Source: Adineta vaga (lineage: Eukaryota; Animalia; Rotifera). Taken from it: 64,000 bases of DNA. Shown piece after piece: positions 1 to 13,338 of this stretch; the stretch's first letter is position 1, and every line of letters begins with the position of its first letter. Both the position numbers and the translations under genes were made by a program. The notes under the pieces were generated by a model. The model did not search any database. It worked only from the letters and a program-made list of their open reading frames with translations, and was not told the DNA's origin. The stretch covers positions 868,001 to 932,000 of the forward strand of contig CP075494.1 of assembly GCA_021613535.1 (NCBI GenBank), in the 5' to 3' direction.

Positions 1-330
1 TTTCCACTATCACCATAACATAGATATTTCCTGATAAACTATATCCTTCTGTTGTATCACCAGCGAAATCAGTCCCATACTTAACACCGTTCATCACACG
101 ATGATTATAATAATCAGCTATATAAACACATTGTTCATTATTATTATTCCCATCATTATCATCTACAACACAAATACCATATGATTGATTTGATTTAATT
201 GATTACCTTCTCCATTACCTCCAGAAATCGTTATACCATTTCATTTCCATTTTGTATTAAGATTAATATTTGGTAAAATAGATAATTGTTTTAACATCTC
301 TGTAAATGATATTTCTTCATTATTTTCCTC
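1..330 (-). pseudogene. Degraded NHL-repeat protein fragment (runs off window start)
   Basis: Minus strand reads NINLNTKWK*NGITISGGNGEGNQLNQIN, then a frameshift to YGICVVDDND...CVYIADYYNHRV. These are NHL-repeat motifs, with an in-frame TGA at 241-243. Confidence 0.7.
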
Positions 331-431
331 GATTTGTACTAAATGAACAAGAAATCGACCATCTGGGGATTTATTTACCATAAATAGCTTCAATAAGAAA
401 AATGTTGAATTCTCTTTGTTCGCAAGAAAAC

Positions 432-494
432 CATCTTGAGGGTGGGTGTGGGTGAGAATCAGATTGATGGGTAAATGTGCTTTCCACACCCTCA
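432..494. repeat. Convergent pair of interstitial telomeric tracts
   Basis: CATCT-TGAGGG-TGGG-TGTGGG-TGAG (432-456) faces CCACACCCTCA (484-494). Confidence 0.7.
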
Positions 495-830
495 TAGAAT
501 ATCAATTATTCAATTTCGAAGAGAAGAATACTTTAGTTTAGTCAAAATGAATAACTATTCATCAGCATAATATTTTTTCTTTTCATTGATTATATTGTAT
601 AAAATATCTTTGCATCGAATATGATTACCATTTATTTTAACATTTGGTGATATGCGCAGAAAATATTTAAGTGGTAGAAGAAATACTTCATATTTCTCTC
701 TCTCTCTCCCTCTCTCTTGTAACCATTTTATTATATCCATAGAGAAGTATATAAGGAACATTTTTATAAGCTATTCAACATATAAACATAAATTATATTT
801 CAATCTAAAACCGAAGAAAACATATTCTTT

Positions 831-1130
831 ATGGCTCGTATTCTTGCTCTTCTCGTTATCATCGTTCTCGTTCTTGGAATTACATTAGGTATGTGAAAAA
901 TACTGTGAATTGTTTTTCTATAAGTAAATATATTTCTATCATATATATATATAGATGTAGTTTCAGCTGGTACTTGTGGATGTCCATGGAATTCAGCACG
1001 TTGTGAAACCAATTGTATTGGTAAGAATATTGGTGCTGTAACTGGTTCATGTCGTGGATTTGGTTATACATCTTGCAAGTGCAAAGTGAATGGTAGTTGG
1101 AAATCGATTGCTGGCAGTTGCGATAATTGA
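831..1130 (+). CDS. Secreted CS-alpha-beta defensin-like peptide, 2 exons (831-888, 955-1130)
   Basis: Splicing the GT-AG intron 889-954 gives MARILALLVIIVLVLGITLDVVSA-GTCGCPWNSARCETNCIGKNIGAVTGSCRGFGYTSCKCKVNGSWKSIAGSCDN*. It has a signal peptide and the CxxxC / GxC / CxC defensin spacing with 8 Cys. Confidence 0.85.
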
Positions 1131-1556
1131 ATGTTTTTCTTTTTCGCTTTCCTATAGTTAGTTCCTTTATCTTGATGATGATGAATTTCTTCTAATAAAG
1201 CGATTCAAGACAACGTTGTCTTTATCAGAGAACAGGATCCAAAAAGATATAAGAAAACAACGAAAAAATATTTTTCAAGTATCAACACTTTGTTTTTCAA
1301 TATCAATGTAAAAGGTTAATGTCCTTGTAAACTGACAGACACATGTACTTTTATAATAAAACAAGGTATTTGGTGCCTCAACCATAATAATACAAATTGA
1401 TATATTGATCAGATGAAAATCAGTAATGCATATGCTTATTAAGTATACATTGATTGAAATATAACTGTCATATATAATATAGTGAAACGTTATTTTCATC
1501 ATTAGTCGACTCACGTTTTCACACAGCAAAAAGGTAAAACGAAGAATAATCAAAGT

Positions 1557-3376
1557 ATGTTAAATACAGATGAACAACAAGATACAGCGATAAAACCCTC
1601 GTAAGATATACCATTTAATACTTTTTGTTTTCAACTATTTAGTCATTTTTTAAACTTTTTCTTTAGAATGATGGGTTCGAAACGAGTCATGATCGGTATT
1701 GGATTATGTATTGGTTTAGTTCTACTATCGGTTGTAGTATTGATCGTAGTTTCTTTAATTCCTGTGTTTTTTGACAATACTGCATCGAGCACTACAACGA
1801 ATACTGCAAAAGGTCAGAAATAGAAAAAATATTTCCTACATCTTATTCTTATCTACTCGTATTTTGTAGAATCGGATGTAATTACAAATACTTACGCTTC
1901 AAATCTTAACATAAGTAGCACAGATGATACAACAGTTTCCAACATGGCTGATGTTGCTCGACAAGTACGTATCTAACAAAATAGTACTTTTAAGACACGT
2001 TACTTATCGTGTATCTGCTATAATTTTAGTTAGAAACAACGACTGGTGTGTCATCGAATTCGATAAACATCAATAGTATTCAATTGGGTAGTAGTAGCGA
2101 TGGTCGTCGTCGTCGTCATGATTTGCAACATGAGCGCATCAAACGTCAAACGTAAGTACATCAATTAATTCAATCCTTGGACATTTTAATATTTTTCGTT
2201 AGATTACAATGTGGTGCAAGAGCATTAGCACAAACATTTGCAAGTATTGTTATTAAACTCACCATCACTTATCCAAAATCATGCGGTATCTCACAAACCT
2301 GTAAAAAAAATTTTCTTACAAAGGCTCAGAAGCTTTTGGCCTCCTACATCACTGGTTTTCCTCTATCACTAAAATTTGCTGATGGACGAACAGTTAATAC
2401 GCAAATAATGTTTTGTAATTCAGTCATAGATTCATCATCATCTTCAACAACGTCAAATACAACATCAGGTAAATTTCAAAGCACATATGAATAAATATTT
2501 TATGAAAATATTCATACGAGATAAAGAAAAAAACGACGGCGTAATAAGTAATTTTCTCTTTATTAATTATGTAAAGGTAAATACGTCAGCAATGATGTTA
2601 TCTAATGAAAGTATAGAATGAAACGAAAGCAACTATGTAATTGCTTTCAATCATAGATAAAAATCGAAAATATTTTTGACATTTCGAATGTTAAAGATCG
2701 TATCGCAATCTAATCGTATATGCATCATTAAACATAATTTCAGAATAATGTAAATAAAAGATTAATACAGTTAGTGAAGTTGTTGTTTTTTTCTCATTCT
2801 AGGCACATCAACGACCACTACTACTTTAACTACCACCACCACATACAGAAGCGCTTTATTCGAACAACAAGCATTGTCACAGACAAATATCGATCGAACA
2901 ATTCATTGTGCTCCTGCTTTGACCATAGACGAGAATGTAACAGCAATCGCAATAAATTATGCTCAGAAGTTGTGCGATACCAACACTTTTGCACACAGTG
3001 GCAATACGTACCAAGGAAATTCACTTGGCGAAAACTTATGGGCAATCAGTTCATCGAGTGCCATCGATATAACTACAATAAATGGTAAATATAGTTTGTA
3101 AAGAATGCATAAAGATGATTTTTTATTCTAGGTTCAAGTCCAGTTACTTCATGGTATAATGAAGTAAGTAGTTACAATTTTCTTTCACCTGGTTTTGCAT
3201 CAAATACGGGACATTTTACTCAATTGGTTTGGAAATCTACTACTGTTTTTGGTATTGGTATTTGCTGTATAGCAGATCGGACGAAATGTACTGTCGTTGC
3301 TAATTATTATCCTGCTGGTAATTACGCTGGACAGTTCCCTCAAGAAGTGTTGCAACCTTCATGTTCTGGAAAATAA
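1557..3376 (+). CDS. Membrane-anchored CAP/SCP (PR-1/GAPR-1-like) domain protein, multi-exon
   Basis: N-terminal hydrophobic anchor (VMIGIGLCIGLVLLSVVVLIVVSLIPVF) and a basic RRRRH..RIKR site. CAP motifs FAHS, GENL, SWYNEV, GHFTQLVW and VVANYYPAGN. GT-AG introns, mostly 50-60 nt. Confidence 0.85.
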
Positions 3377-3840
3377 TGTAATTCTTGATCATATAACTCA
3401 ATCTGTGTTTTTATCTGTAATACTATTTTTTCAAATTTTATTGTTTCATTAAAATTCATTCTCTCTGTACATTCTTATCGCGCTTTTCCTCTTTTATTTC
3501 TCTTGTTTTCATCGACAGTTTGTGTCATGTGGTATATAAGGAAAATAAACTTGATTCATTCGTCATGTAATCGGAATTGTTTTCTAGAAAAATTTTGTTT
3601 GATTGTCAATGATATTCATATCTCTCATATAAGTGAAAAGAGTAAACTTGTTCTGATTAAATTTACTTTGTAAGAAAAGATGGGTCAAATAGTTTGCTTA
3701 GTATTCATTTTTTGTTTGTGATGTAAATACATTTCCGAGAGTTGACAAAGAAAAAAGAAATCCTGCATACATTCTCTAACTGTATGTCATTGATTTCTCC
3801 GATTGATAAAATGTTGATGAAATTGTCATTATTTTTTCAC

Positions 3841-5853
3841 ATGTATTCTCATCTTTTTCTTTTTGTTCGACTTTTCATCTTTCCAAATGCGATCGATAGT
3901 ATTCAAGTGGGATCTATTAGTAATGTAATCTTGTTTTCCTCCAATGCTACTATTATACCAATGAATGATTCATGTAACGAATGTATTTGTCTTATGCTTT
4001 TAACGATCGACATGTTAGGTGTCAATTGTTTACATAATCAAACTTGTTTATTATTTTCTAATTATTCTCTATTGTACAGTCTTAACGAAAGTTCTAATTC
4101 AAGCTTTCATTTTATTAGTTTACCTCCAGAACAAAACTATTCTACCTATGTGTCAACTCAGAATTCACAAATAAGTAAATTTGATTATTTTGACTATTAT
4201 TGACTGAAACATAGTACTTTTTATTTTAGCATTATCAACTGCATCGAACACAAGTAAATGTTAATTTCAACATATATATCAGTTTATAAAAATTCGTTTT
4301 CATATTTTAGTTCCCTGTAATTACAGTTGTGCCAATAATGGGACGTGTTCAATACTTGGGATCTGTAATTGCACAATGCAATGGTGCGTATTTGTTTAAT
4401 AACATACGATCTTTTTAAGTTATTTAAATTTAGGAGTGGAAGACAATGTGAAATACCTGTTTGTTCACCTCCATGTGAAAACTCAGGTATTTGTATTTCA
4501 CCAGATGTTTGTCAATGTTATTATGGTTGGTCAGGCAGCTACTGTCAGATAGGTTAGTTCGATATATAAAATTAAGTTTTCGAAAGAAATTGTTTGTTTA
4601 CAGTAAAAACAGTACTATGGACATTTGATAATACATTAAATGATACGAGTGGTGAATTTATTGGAACAGGTCGTAATTCTCCAACTTATGTATCTGGTAT
4701 CAATGGATATGGTTTAGCTTTGTCATTAAATGGAACTAGAAATCAATGTGTTATTATGAATCCGTATTTAAATATGAGTTATATGAGTTTTACTTGGCAA
4801 TTTTGGATTTATCCAACAATACTAATGACTGGTGATAGTATGTTTATTGGTCAATGTAGTCAACCTAATCTTGATCGATGTTTAATAATTATGACAAGAA
4901 ATAATATAATGTGGTTTGCATTTTGGGATGATGATGTCAATGGTACAATACATATTTCTGCAAATAAATGGTCTCATATGACTTTTATTTATGATCATAT
5001 ATCAAATAGAAAAAGTATTTATTTAAATGGTATTTTAGAACGTATTCAAAATTCAATTGGTCCTCTCCGAACAAATTTTACTTTTATGACTTTTGGTTGC
5101 CGAACAACTAATGGAGGTAGTACTTATACAAATTCTTTTACTGGTTACATAGATCAAATACTATACAATTCGCGAGTAAAAAATGCCAGTGAAATACTTG
5201 ATGATGCGACATTAGTTGTTTACTTTCGTTTTCTTTCAATTGCACCTTTGATTGATTCAGGACCCAATTATATTAATGGAAGTTGGGGTGGTGGAACTCT
5301 TTCGAATGTTTCGGGTATAATTGATCAAGCTATAAATTTTACTATGAATGGATCCTATTTTTTAGTAACAGGACTTGTCCTTCTAGGAGCCGATTATAGA
5401 CCATTTTCGTTTTCATTTTGGTTTCAAATAACTTCATATAATGTCGATACCAATATAATATACATATCTTCTGAAATAAATAGTAATACTTCATGTTTTC
5501 GTTTCGTTGGTTTAACCATAAATAGATCAATTGAAATTGAAATATTCAATGGTATAAATAATATCATCTTAACCGGTCCTGTAATATCTATTCAAAGATG
5601 GTATCATATTGTATATACATTTTCAGTAATGAATGGAATGAAATTGTACGTTAATGGAACACTTTATGGTTCGATTGTAACAACATATTCAACCGATAAA
5701 AATGCAAAAGTATTAATTTTTGGAAATCCATCTTTGACTAATTATTGTTCATCATTAATGAATCAACAATTCTACGGTAGTATCGATGAAGTAAGATTAT
5801 ATTCACGAGAATTAATATCAAGTGAAATTTTACAACTGTATTCAAATCCATAA
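3841..5853 (+). CDS. Secreted EGF-repeat plus two LamG/ConA-like lectin domain protein, multi-exon
   Basis: Signal peptide, EGF exons (CSPPCENSGICISPDVCQCYYGWSGSYC) and two LamG3 repeats (WSHMTFIY..SIYLNG..FTGYIDQ; WYHIVYTF..KLYVNG..FYGSIDEVRLYSREL). Confidence 0.85.
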
Positions 5854-6073
5854 ATATTGACAAAATAAAAACTTTCGATTATATACGATTATCCAAATTT
5901 TGTTTATTAATAATAATCAAATTGAAGAAATCTTTTTTTTTTCAAATATCGAACAACTTTTATACGAGTTCAATAACTAATTTAGATAAATGAAAATATT
6001 AAATTGGCAAAAAAAAGAAATGTTTATGATGATTCTATACTACATAGTTTTCTTGTTGATTTGTTATTTTGTT

Positions 6074-6980
6074 TTATTTTAATATAAATGGTATTTCAAT
6101 TTTCATTTGTCCATCTTTACCAAGTACTGATGTCATTTGATCAACTTGTGCACCAACGGGTAATGTTGTTGATCGAGAGAAACGATTACGTTTTGAATGA
6201 TTAGTTTCTTTATCAATATGTTCACCTTGAATAATTAGAAAATTATCTTTTACTGAAACATTTATTTCTTCTGGTGGACAATTTTTCACATCAAATGTTA
6301 ATTCTAATACTTTTTTATTATCACCTTTATCAACAATACGTGGATGAAATTCTCCACTTGTTAAAAATTTCAAATAATCCGCCGATAAACCATCTGATTG
6401 ATTCGATTGTATTGAATTTTCTCGTGAAATTCGATTTCCATTTCCGTTATTACGATTAGGTATTTCGATAATCAACATCTTATTATCCGATGTAACACGT
6501 GTTGTCATACGTGTAGGATCTATTATAATAATATAGACACAAAAAAAAAACCCGTTATTAATATTAAATATTTTCGTACTAACCAACATGTTTAGGTAAT
6601 GGATATGTTTTTCTAAATTGTCGAAGAGTAAAATCATCATCTTGTTGTCGATCTTCATATTTAGCTTCAACAATTAATTTATCATCTTCAATTTTTGTTT
6701 TAATTGCATTTCGATCATATCCGGTTATATCAACTTGAATAGAGAAGTTTTCTAATTTTGTTGATTTCAAATCTTTTTGATTATTTGTATTTCCTAATGG
6801 ATTTTTTGTTTGTGTTGTTGATGTTAAAGATTTATTTTTATTCGTTGCATTTGTTAATGATTGAGATTTACATATACTTCGAGGAATCTTTCGTTGAACA
6901 CAACAATAAGTTGGTAAACATGTATCAAAACAATCGAAATCCACACAAAGATAATGAGAAGTCACTTGACAACATGCCAT
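6074..6980 (-). CDS. Small heat-shock protein with two alpha-crystallin domains, 2 exons
   Basis: Exon 1 contains FSIQVDITGYD...RQFRKTYPLP. Exon 2 contains LTFDVKNCPPEEINVSVKDNFLIIQGEH...FSRSTTLP...GKDGQMKIEIP. Intron at about 6521-6582. Confidence 0.88.
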
Positions 6981-7763
6981 TGTATTAGAAATTAGAAAAT
7001 ATTTTTCTAAACAAAATAAAAATTAATTGAAAAATATTTTCTTTAAATACACATTGATATCTAATGAAGTGTAACATTTTCATTTGTTACGTCACTGTCT
7101 ACAATATTTTCTATTCTTTGTTCGTGTTTCTATTTGGAAAATATTTCTATTAATTATATTTTCAAATAAATTAAAATGTTTTTTATTTGTAAACAAATAT
7201 TCTATTACATTATTGAGTACTTTCAAAAGAATAGTAGAACAAAAAATATGTCTTTTAGACATCATAATGATCAATATCGTTGATTCTAGATTACAATCAT
7301 CAGAAAAGTTTACTTTTGAATATAAATATTGAATCATACAAGTTTTTCTTTGTTTTATTTTCAAATCGCATGTTACATATTTATATGTCATTATACTTCG
7401 TTTGTTTCTGTTTGACATTGAAATAAAATTATATATTATATTAAACGAAGCATATAAAAAATACAAACTAACGTGTTGAAAATAATTCCAAATCGTCACG
7501 GTTATCTTTCTATAGAACGAGAATAAGAGAGAAAAACTATCATATTCGATGTAGTTTTAAAACATCAACGATTTCAAAAAGATCAATACGATTTTAAGAT
7601 ATTTAGAATAAAAGTAGTACAAAATAAATTGCACTGAAATTACAAATATTAATATAAGTAATGTCGTCGTATACATTAAAAGATTAGACATGCTTCACAT
7701 CAAAAGAACAAACGATATTTCGCATTTATTAATATTAATTGAAAGATATTTTCATTTGAAAAA

Positions 7764-8723
7764 ATGTCATCAAATCCATTTTTATTCTCTCAAGATTTAC
7801 TTAATCGATATGTAATGACTGGATGTATGATTATTGGTAATATAGGTAATATTTTCAATGTCTTTATTTTCCGTAAACATCATAAAAATCCTTGTTCAAT
7901 GTATCTTTTATCTGCATCAATTATGAATGTTTTTTTTCTGACATTTATTATTTCCTTTTCTGTGCATATTTATAACTTTGGTGATCCAACAGTACAATAT
8001 CCAGTTTTTTGCAAGTTACGCACTTACTTACCACACGTATGGGGACAAATGGGTCGATATTTTATTGTTTTAGCAAGTATCGATCGTTTTGTTATAACAA
8101 ATACCAATGTTCGTTTACGAGCGCTTAGTCGACCTTCTTTAGCGAAATGGTTTCTCATCGCTTTCACAATTATTTGGCATGTATTTGGTTCTCTTGCATT
8201 AATCTTTACAAAAGTTGAAAATGGAATCTGTAGTCAATTTGGTAATGAATTAGCTTGGTATAATGCTTATAGTATATCTACGATTGGTATTATTCCACTT
8301 TTATTGACCACTATTTTTGGAGTACTTGCTCATAGAAATATGAAACAATTACGTACTCGTATTGTACCACTTGGAAATGTTCTTAATGTTGGTCTTCATC
8401 GTCGAGATCGTGAATTACTCAAGATGGTAATTGCAGAAGCATTAGTACATTTTCTTACAAATTTTCTTTATCCAATTATTATTATTGAAATAGTTGCAAC
8501 TAGTTATATGAATTCAGACAAAAGTGCTTTACGTATACAGATAGAAAATTTTATTCTACTTATTGCTCGTATTCTCTTCTATACGAGTAATGCAGCACCT
8601 TTCTATATCTTTTATACTGCATCAAAAAGTTTTCGTCACGAATTCAAAGAGACTTTTCGCAAATGTAAACAACAAACAGTTGGAGTCAGAAAAACAGTAG
8701 AAGGACTACAAATGGCACAATAA
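7764..8723 (+). CDS. Rhodopsin-like 7TM GPCR (intronless)
   Basis: Seven hydrophobic segments, GNIGN in TM1, ASIDRF (DRY equivalent), and APFYIF..SKSFR at TM7/H8. Confidence 0.9.
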   Translation: MSSNPFLFSQDLLNRYVMTGCMIIGNIGNIFNVFIFRKHHKNPCSMYLLSASIMNVFFLTFIISFSVHIYNFGDPTVQYPVFCKLRTYLPHVWGQMGRYFIVLASIDRFVITNTNVRLRALSRPSLAKWFLIAFTIIWHVFGSLALIFTKVENGICSQFGNELAWYNAYSISTIGIIPLLLTTIFGVLAHRNMKQLRTRIVPLGNVLNVGLHRRDRELLKMVIAEALVHFLTNFLYPIIIIEIVATSYMNSDKSALRIQIENFILLIARILFYTSNAAPFYIFYTASKSFRHEFKETFRKCKQQTVGVRKTVEGLQMAQ

Positions 8724-9048
8724 AATCCAAATGAAAATAATCTAGTAGAAAAAAATCGCGTTTGAAAATGTATTTCTTAGTCGTTGTCAATAATTAGTGT
8801 ACTTTTTTTTTCCAAATATTTGACAGTTAAATAAAAGACATTGATGGCTTATTGAAAACATGTACTGTTAATGTAGATTGTAGTAAAAAAATCTTTCATC
8901 TCTGAAGGCATATTTAACATCAAAGAAAAGAAGAATCGCGTATCTAAGAATAAAGTTATATCGCATTAGAATTATTGAAATTATAAGTTTAGAACAAATG
9001 GTACAGAAAATTTATTGACAAAGAAGAGTAATAGTTAATGTATTTATG

Positions 9049-10717
9049 TTAAAATTTGAATCCTCCAGTAAGGTTCATGACGTAATCAATATCCCATGCT
9101 TTGCGAATACTTTGAAGTCGTGGTACATTGTCTCCGTACAACTCTGATAGAGAAGTAGTGTCAAGAGCATAATTTGGATAACGAATTTGTATTGTAACAT
9201 TCACATTTTTTTCATCATCGAGTGCCGCTTGTAGAATAGCATCTGCTGTTAATTTAATTTCATTGATAAAATAGTCATCATCTGCAGGTAATCGCCAACT
9301 AAATTGAATAAAGATGGGAAGAAGAGGAGTAGGTGATGGATTATGTGGATAAGCGCCACCCTGTGATTTGTCGAAATATGTTGACAAAAATGGTTCTGCA
9401 GTTAGTGACATGAATGCATCGAGTTTCGAGTCAAACTTTGCAGCATTATAAATAGTCTGATTCTTGAGTTCATCGAGCAATTGAGCAGTTAAATTTGTTA
9501 CTGAGACTGTATGGAAACGACCACTAGAAATAATAACAGATTATTAGAGATCTATAATTAAACTATACTCATTCGAGTCGAAGACGGTGACTTACCGTCG
9601 ACCATCAGTAACGTAGATCGGTACTACTTTAACAAATGAAAGAAATGAACGAGTTTTGATGTTGCCAATATGAGGAATACTTGTAAACTCTTTGAATATA
9701 CTTTCGGGAGCTGTCGGAGCATCATAGAAGAGAGTAAGATCGAGAGTGATCAATCCTGTTTGATGAGTGAATGAAATCAATGCTTGTGCTTTAGGATCTT
9801 TGTTATTATCTCGAAAGTTGATAACAGCTTTTAAAACGTTATCATAGTGATGTACATCCATATAAACGAGGAGACCACCATAGACTAAAGTTTGTGGATG
9901 AGCATGCAATCTAAAATTAGTTACAATACCAAAATTGTTGAAACCACCTTTTAGTCCAAAGAAAATGTCAGGATATGAATCATTAGTCACGTACACAATT
10001 GTACCATTCGGAGTGACAAGCTAAAACAGAGATAGATGTAAATAGTGTGTCACATTCTACGATGAAAAACATCGGCAAATACAAATCAGTTGTTAACTGT
10101 ATAGGATAATTTTCTGGTGATTATTTAGTTTTTACCTCATAGCCAATAATATTATCGATAGCAAGACCAAATTGGTTTGATTTCCATGAGTAACCACCAC
10201 CAAGAGTAAATCCAGCGACACCAACACCAGAGACTCGACCACCAACAACATTGATATTGTACGGCTCAAGCGCCTTGTATACATCGTCCCAGAGAAGTCC
10301 TGGACCCACATCAACTGTCTGATTATCTGCATGAACAACAACGTTGGAAAATCGTCGCATGGCAATATGAACACCAGTTGTCGAGCTAAATCCAGGATTT
10401 GCGCTATGTCCACCACCTTTGACAGCAAAAGGAACTCGATTTTCACGGATAATTTTCATCTAGATATAATTGTTTTTACAGTATTGCTGATTATAATAAA
10501 TATCTATTTAACTTACAATCGTTGCCACATCAGCAGCTGTTGCGGGCTCGACACTGCAAGTTGGATATGTAGTCGACGATGTAGCATAGTGATTGATATC
10601 CTCAAGGTAATTTGGGTCGGGCCAATAGAATACTTGTGAATGACTTGTTTTATTTTTTATACTTTCACAAATGTCTTTAATTTTATCATCGACTCCTATA
10701 AATTCGGTTTCTATCAT
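9049..10717 (-). CDS. FAD-linked oxidoreductase (berberine-bridge/VAO family), multi-exon; 5' end unresolved
   Basis: FAVKGGGHS flavinylation motif, GVGVAGFTLGGG, LKGGFNNFGIVT and C-terminal YPNYA...YGDNVPRL. GT-AG introns separate the ORF pieces. Confidence 0.88.
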
Positions 10718-11156
10718 ACGTCAGAGTATTAGTTCATTTAAGGATAAATATAGAACACATTACTCAATAAAAAATCTACTTACTTATGAAATTCTTTGCA
10801 GCAGGAATGATTGAATAAACGCCAGCGAATGAGAGTTACATTAACAGTCCAATGTAGATGGTCCACAGACTTCTCAAGATAATAGAACATTTTCTTTATC
10901 GATGCCAGAATTAGTATTATAGAATAACTTACTTTTTGATCATCTTTGAAAATGAAAATATATAAAGGTAATGAATGAAATTTTTTCAAATGAGAACGTA
11001 TTTATAAGCGAAATTTGAAAATACTTTTCGCCTCTTTTAGCTATAACCCCTTTGAATTGATAGAGCAGAATGGGGGTTACAAAAAATAGAAACAGTTACT
11101 TATGTTTTACCTTTTTTTATTTACTATTTTGTTTCATGTGAGAACGAAAAAGCAAA

Positions 11157-11173
11157 ATCTTGAGGGTGAGAGT
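11157..11173 (+). repeat. Interstitial telomeric tract
   Basis: ATCT-TGAGGG-TGAGAG-T. Confidence 0.5.
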
Positions 11174-11664
11174 TAAGAGTATATCCTCACATACACCGAT
11201 CATGTTTGTCAGCATTGTACAATATTCCTGTTTATCAACATTTAGTGGCATAATACAAACACCTTATCCTAGTTTCTTGCTTAATATTCTCATGCCATTC
11301 GTCTGTCTAAAATTGCTATCGTATAAAACACTGCGTGGTTATATCATTTCAATTCGAAAGAGAAAAAAGAATCTTATCAAAAACATGACATCTTTTTGTC
11401 ATTTCTTTTCAATCCTTTAAAGTCGAATTCACTTACATGACAAAGATATCTTTAGTTGTATTTATTTATAATATTCATATAAAAATTTTTATGACGCACA
11501 AACATAATCTACATAGAAAAGAAATTTTTGAAGTAATTTTCATAATTAATAATTCTACAGCATTAGGAGCTTGCAGAATATTAATGAAATTCAAGATTGT
11601 AGAACTAGAAACAGCTTACTGCAAATAAATTCTTTCTTTATTCAACGATATTATAAAAAAAAAC

Positions 11665-12612
11665 ATGAATACTACAACATCAACATCATCATTCGCTTCA
11701 TACAATTTCAACAATGAAATCAAACAGATTTCTTCTTATATTTTACCGATTACAACTGTATTTTCAGCAATTGCAAATATCATTAATATTGGTGTTCTTT
11801 CTCGTCGAAATATTCGATCATCTCCATGTTCTCATTATTTTCTTTCGTTAGCTATTTCTACACTAATCTATTTAGTTATTTCACCTCTAAGTCTATTTCT
11901 CACTTATCGATTTAACATAACGTTGTCTAATACTCCATTTGGATGTTCATTTCAGCCTTTCACCATATATGCATCATCATTATTTGTTGCACTCATGTTA
12001 GTTTGTGCTTCGTTTGATCGATTTTTTTCTAGTTCATCATCTATCTATTTACGAAATTTAAGTAATATACGATTAATACAACGATTGATTATTCTCATTA
12101 GTATTCTTACTCTTATCTATTTGAGTCCAATTTTAATTATATTTCATTGGGATTATACTATTAATCGATGTTTACAATCTTCATCAACAAGTATTATTGT
12201 TTATTTATCAACTCGAGTTATTATTTATTATGTATTGTCACCAATAATTATGGTTATATTTGGTTCATTAACAATTTATAATATTCGAGTTCAAATAGGT
12301 CGTATAATACCAGTAGAACAAATAACATTTTCTCGTCGTCGAACAGAAGGTCAATTAGGTCGAATGTTAATTATTCAAGTAATTGCATATGTATTTTTTT
12401 CTTCTCCTGCTGCAGTAACATATATATTGACAACATTTATACCTTCAATGAATACAAGTTTTATTAATAACATACGAACTATTGCTATCATTTGGCAACA
12501 AGGTACTTATGTTTTCTCAACATTTCTTTATATTCTTTCGGCGAGAATGTATAGAAAAGAATTGAAGAAATTATTCAAATTCAATCGTTGTTTTAAACAA
12601 CGATTACAATAG
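11665..12612 (+). CDS. Rhodopsin-like 7TM GPCR (intronless)
   Basis: 7TM pattern with SPCSHYF and ASFDRF. Same family as 7764-8723. Confidence 0.9.
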   Translation: MNTTTSTSSFASYNFNNEIKQISSYILPITTVFSAIANIINIGVLSRRNIRSSPCSHYFLSLAISTLIYLVISPLSLFLTYRFNITLSNTPFGCSFQPFTIYASSLFVALMLVCASFDRFFSSSSSIYLRNLSNIRLIQRLIILISILTLIYLSPILIIFHWDYTINRCLQSSSTSIIVYLSTRVIIYYVLSPIIMVIFGSLTIYNIRVQIGRIIPVEQITFSRRRTEGQLGRMLIIQVIAYVFFSSPAAVTYILTTFIPSMNTSFINNIRTIAIIWQQGTYVFSTFLYILSARMYRKELKKLFKFNRCFKQRLQ

Positions 12613-13338
12613 ATTACTAATCAACTTTGAATATAGTAGAACTTTTTCTATGTTATGAGAGCGGAAATTTAAATTGTATGTTAAATTATCCAATGATGAC
12701 GTCTTTAGTATTATTGCCACCAGTGACATCATAGGTCAGCATTCCAATTATACGTGGAGCAATAAATTTTAATATCTTGGCATAATAAAAAATCTATTTT
12801 CAACTTTATAAAACTACTTCATGATAGTTACATTCATTCAAGCGACAATACAAAACTAATATTTTAAATGTAATCTTCATATTTGTTTTCTCTAATGAGG
12901 TCAATAAATGGGTGTGTTTGAGGGTTACGCACCCTAGATATTTTTGTATGAGATAAGAACAATTATCAGCTATGATGAATGAGTCTATATTGATAAAACA
13001 ATTAGTGCCATATTGAATAATAAGTTAAAAACTACAAAAGGATTTTAAATAGATGCAGCGTTTTTTTTATGCGCAAATCATTATCATAATTGTATCTTGC
13101 TTCATTTATCTCGCATTGATTCAAGAGTAAATTTACGCATATAATATAAAATGCAAATACTAATTCTGTATGCAATTGCGATACTATTTATTTGATTATA
13201 AAAACAACTTTTCATATCAAACTTGAAAATATTTTTCTTTTATTAAGAGACAATAAAGAAACTATTTCTATTAACATCAATCAGGTATATCATCATATAT
13301 ATTTTTATAGATATCTAACCAATATAGTATATTCTACT

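Noticed and set aside
241-243. Selenocysteine or alternative genetic code suggested by in-frame TGA codons
   Set aside because: The same NHL fragment also has a frameshift, and TGA terminates genes normally elsewhere in the window (1128, 17438).
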